From Macrostomum lignano (taxonomy: Eukaryota): a stretch of 64,000 bases of DNA. The DNA lies in assembly GCA_002269645.1 (NCBI GenBank), contig NIVC01003590.1, positions 25,281-89,280 of the forward strand, in the 5' to 3' direction. Position numbers and translations under genes: made by a program. The notes under the pieces were generated by a model, which did no database searches, had not been told where the DNA came from, and worked only from the letters and a program-made list of their open reading frames with translations. Position 1 is the first letter of the stretch, and every line of letters begins with the position of its first letter. Shown here piece by piece: positions 60,301 to 64,000 of this stretch.

Positions 60301-63300
60301 CGCTTACTCACTCGTCGGCGTCGGCGGCGGACTACTTTTCGGCGGACCACGCGCTTGCGGATCACTCGTCGGCAGATGCGCTTGATCACACGTTTTGTCA
60401 CGCGTCGTCCCTTAATGACTCGGCGTCGGATGATGCGCTTGATCACGCGTCGTATCTTGCGTCGGCCCTTAGTCACTCGTTTGCGGACGACTCGTCGGAT
60501 GATGCGCTTGACCTTGCGGACGCTGCGTTTAATGCGTTTAACGATACGTCGCTTACTCACTCGTCGGCGTCGGCGGCGGACTACTTTTCGGCGGACCACG
60601 CGCTTGCGGATCACTCGTCGGCAGATGCGCTTGATCACACGTTTTGTCACGCGTCGTCCCTTAATGACTCGGCGTCGGATGATGCGCTTGATCACGCGTC
60701 GTATCTGGCGTCGGCCCTTAGTCACTCGTTTGCGGACGACTCGTCGGATGATGCGCTTGACCTTGCGGACGCTGCGTTTAATGCGTTTAACGATACGTCG
60801 CTTACTCACTCGTCGGCGTCGGCGGCGGACTACTTTTCGGCGGACCACGCGCTTGCGGATCACTCGTCGGCAGATGCGCTTGATCACACGTTTTGTCACG
60901 CGTCGTCCCTTAATGACTCGGCGTCGGATGATGCGCTTGATCACGCGTCGTATCTGGCGTCGGCCCTTAGTCACTCGTTTGCGGACGACTCGTCGGATGA
61001 TGCGCTTGACCTTGCGGACGCTGCGTTTAATGCGTTTAACGATACGTCGCTTACTCACTCGTCGGCGTCGGCGGCGGACTACTTTTCGGCGGACCACGCG
61101 CTTGCGGATCACTCGTCGGCAGATGCGCTTGATCACACGTTTTGTCACGCGTCGTCCCTTAATGACTCGGCGTCGGATGATGCGCTTGATCACGCGTCGT
61201 ATCTGCGTCGGCCCTTAGTCACTCGTTTGCGGACGACTCGTCGGATGATGCGCTTGACCTTGCGGACGCTGCGTTTAATGCGTTTAACGATACGTCGCTT
61301 ACTCACTCGTCGGCGTCGGCGGCGGACTACTTTTCGGCGGACCACGCGCTTGCGGATCACTCGTCGGCAGATGCGCTTGATCACACGTTTTGTCACGCGT
61401 CGTCCCTTAATGACTCGGCGTCGGATGATGCGCTTGATCACGCGTCGTATCTGCGTCGGCCCTTAGTCACTCGTTTGCGGACGACTCGTCGGATGATGCG
61501 CTTGACCTTGCGGACGCTGCGTTTAATGCGTTTAACGATACGTCGCTTACTCACTCGTCGGCGTCGGCGGCGGACTACTTTTCGGCGGACCACGCGCTTG
61601 CGGATCACTCGTCGGCAGATGCGCTTGATCACACGTTTTGTCACGCGTCGTCCCTTAATGACTCGGCGTCGGATGATGCGCTTGATCACGCGTCGTATCT
61701 GGCGTCGGCCCTTAGTCACTCGTTTGCGGACGACTCGTCGGATGATGCGCTTGACCTTGCGGACGCTGCGTTTAATGCGTTTAACGATACGTCGCTTACT
61801 CACTCGTCGGCGTCGGCGGCGGACTACTTTTCGGCGGACCACGCGCTTGCGGATCACTCGTCGGCAGATGCGCTTGATCACACGTTTTGTCACGCGTCGT
61901 CCCTTAATGACTCGGCGTCGGATGATGCGCTTGATCACGCGTCGTATCTTGGCGTCGGCCCTTAGTCACTCGTTTGCGGACGACTCGTCGGATGATGCGC
62001 TTGACCTTGCGGACGCTGCGTTTAATGCGTTTAACGATACGTCGCTTACTCACTCGTCGGCGTCGGCGGCGGACTACTTTTCGGCGGACCACGCGCTTGC
62101 GGATCACTCGTCGGCAGATGCGCTTGATCACACGTTTTGTCACGCGTCGTCCCTTAATGACTCGGCGTCGGATGATGCGCTTGATCACGCGTCGTATCTT
62201 GCGTCGGCCCTTAGTCACTCGTTTGCGGACGACTCGTCGGATGATGCGCTTGACCTTGCGGACGCTGCGTTTAATGCGTTTAACGATACGTCGCTTACTC
62301 ACTCGTCGGCGTCGGCGGCGGACTACTTTTCGGCGGGCGCGACACGCGCTTGCGGATCACTCGTCGGCAGATGCGCTTGATCACACGTTTTGTCACGCGT
62401 CGTCCCTTAATGACTCGGCGTCGGATGATGCGCTTGATCACGCGTCGTATCTTGCGTCGGCCCTTAGTCACTCGTTTGCGGACGACTCGTCGGATGATGC
62501 GCTTGACCTTGCGGACGCTGCGTTTAATGCGTTTAACGATACGTCGCTTACTCACTCGTCGGCGTCGGCGGCGGACTACTTTTCGGCGGACCACGCGCTT
62601 GCGGATCACTCGTCGGCAGATGCGCTTGATCACACGTTTTGTCACGCGTCGTCCCTTAATGACTCGGCGTCGGATGATGCGCTTGATCACGCGTCGTATC
62701 TGCGTCGGCCTTAGTCACTCGTTTGCGGACGACTCGTCGGATGATGCGCTTGACCTTGCGGACGCTGCGTTTAATGCGTTTAACGATACGTCGCTTACTC
62801 ACTCGTCGGCGTCGGCGGCGGACTACTTTTCGGCGGACCACGCGCTTGCGGATCACTCGTCGGCAGATGCGCTTGATCACACGTTTTGTCACGCGTCGTC
62901 CCTTAATGACTCGGCGTCGGATGATGCGCTTGATCACGCGTCGTATCTTGCGTCGGCCCTTAGTCACTCGTTTGCGGACGACTCGTCGGATGATGCGCTT
63001 GACCTTGCGGACGCTGCGTTTAATGCGTTTAACGATACGTCGCTTACTCACTCGTCGGCGTCGGCGGCGGACTACTTTTCGGCGGACCACGCGCTTGCGG
63101 ATCACTCGTCGGCAGATGCGCTTGATCACACGTTTTGTCACGCGTCGTCCCTTAATGACTCGGCGTCGGATGATGCGCTTGATCACGCGTCGTATCTTGC
63201 GTCGGCCCTTAGTCACTCGTTTGCGGACGACTCGTCGGATGATGCGCTTGACCTTGCGGACGCTGCGTTTAATGCGTTTAACGATACGTCGCTTACTCAC

Positions 63301-64000
63301 TCGTCGGCGTCGGCGGCGGACTACTTTTCGGCGGACCACGCGCTTGCGGATCACTCGTCGGCAGATGCGCTTGATCACACGTTTTGTCACGCGTCGTCCC
63401 TTAATGACTCGGCGTCGGATGATGCGCTTGATCACGCGTCGTATCTGCGTCGGCCCTTAGTCACTCGTTTGCGGACGACTCGTCGGATGATGCGCTTGAC
63501 CTTGCGGACGCTGCGTTTAATGCGTTTAACGATACGTCGCTTACTCACTCGTCGGCGTCGGCGGCGGACTACTTTTCGGCGGACCACGCGCTTGCGGATC
63601 ACTCGTCGGCAGATGCGCTTGATCACACGTTTTGTCACGCGTCGTCCCTTAATGACTCGGCGTCGGATGATGCGCTTGATCACGCGTCGTATCTGCGTCG
63701 GCCCTTAGTCACTCGTTTGCGGACGACTCGTCGGATGATGCGCTTGACCTTGCGGACGCTGCGTTTAATGCGTTTAACGATACGTCGCTTACTCACTCGT
63801 CGGCGTCGGCGGCGGACTACTTTTCGGCGGACCACGCGCTTGCGGATCACTCGTCGGCAGATGCGCTTGATCACACGTTTTGTCACGCGTCGTCCCTTAA
63901 TGACTCGGCGTCGGATGATGCGCTTGATCACGCGTCGTATCTGCGTCGGCCCTTAGTCACTCGTTTGCGGACGACTCGTCGGATGATGCGCTTGACCTTG
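51321..64000 (-). CDS. 3' part of a giant polycationic repeat protein (>4,000 aa visible, 5' end outside the window); exons >64000-52007, 51701-51657, 51568-51321
   Basis: R/K/V/I frame continues ~190 aa into unique sequence, then phase-1 donor ACC G|GTGAGT, acceptor TTTCGCAG|, 45-nt symmetric exon GGSSSTTSSHSGGRT, donor A|GTGAGC, acceptor TCATTTCAG|, final exon KTVKTVHPDGSTSW(TETST[G/D]PVV)7TETKN*; indels appear above 59460. Confidence 0.75.
51335..51527 (-). repeat. 27-bp coding minisatellite encoding TETST(G/D)PVV, ~7 copies
   Basis: Unit length is a multiple of 3 and in frame with the spliced last exon. Confidence 0.85.
52575..64000 (-). repeat. 249-bp tandem array, ~46 copies, encoding an 83-aa unit
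   Basis: GATACGTCGC at 52578 recurs at 52827; identical translations in three frames up to ~59450 imply nucleotide-identical copies. Confidence 0.98.

Overview
Eukaryotic (invertebrate metazoan) genomic DNA with GC-rich spliced exons, AT-rich spacers and introns packed with minisatellites. The style is compatible with a Macrostomum-type flatworm, but that is inference only. Genes reconstructed by hand from GT-AG junctions: an unknown low-complexity gene (-, ~3.1-5.0 kb), a ZDHHC3/7-like palmitoyltransferase (+), a 16-exon type-I receptor with 12 C-type lectin domains (-), PIGB (-), a NAPE-PLD-like hydrolase (-) and a divergent GMC oxidoreductase (-). The standout is the 3' part of a giant spliced gene (-, 51321 to beyond 64000). 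Its core is about 46 near-identical 249-bp units, each encoding an 83-aa peptide that is 58% Arg/Lys and 34% Val/Ile with one Cys and no acidic residue. A unique basic domain and a Thr/Ser-rich repeat tail on two small exons follow. Mobile-element remnants: a Penelope-like GIY-YIG fragment with a degenerate hammerhead, a tRNA/CORE-type SINE, a LINE 3' fragment and MITE-like ends. Most long ORFs in the supplied track are artefacts of stop-free minisatellites. All exon coordinates were read by eye; no database searches were run.
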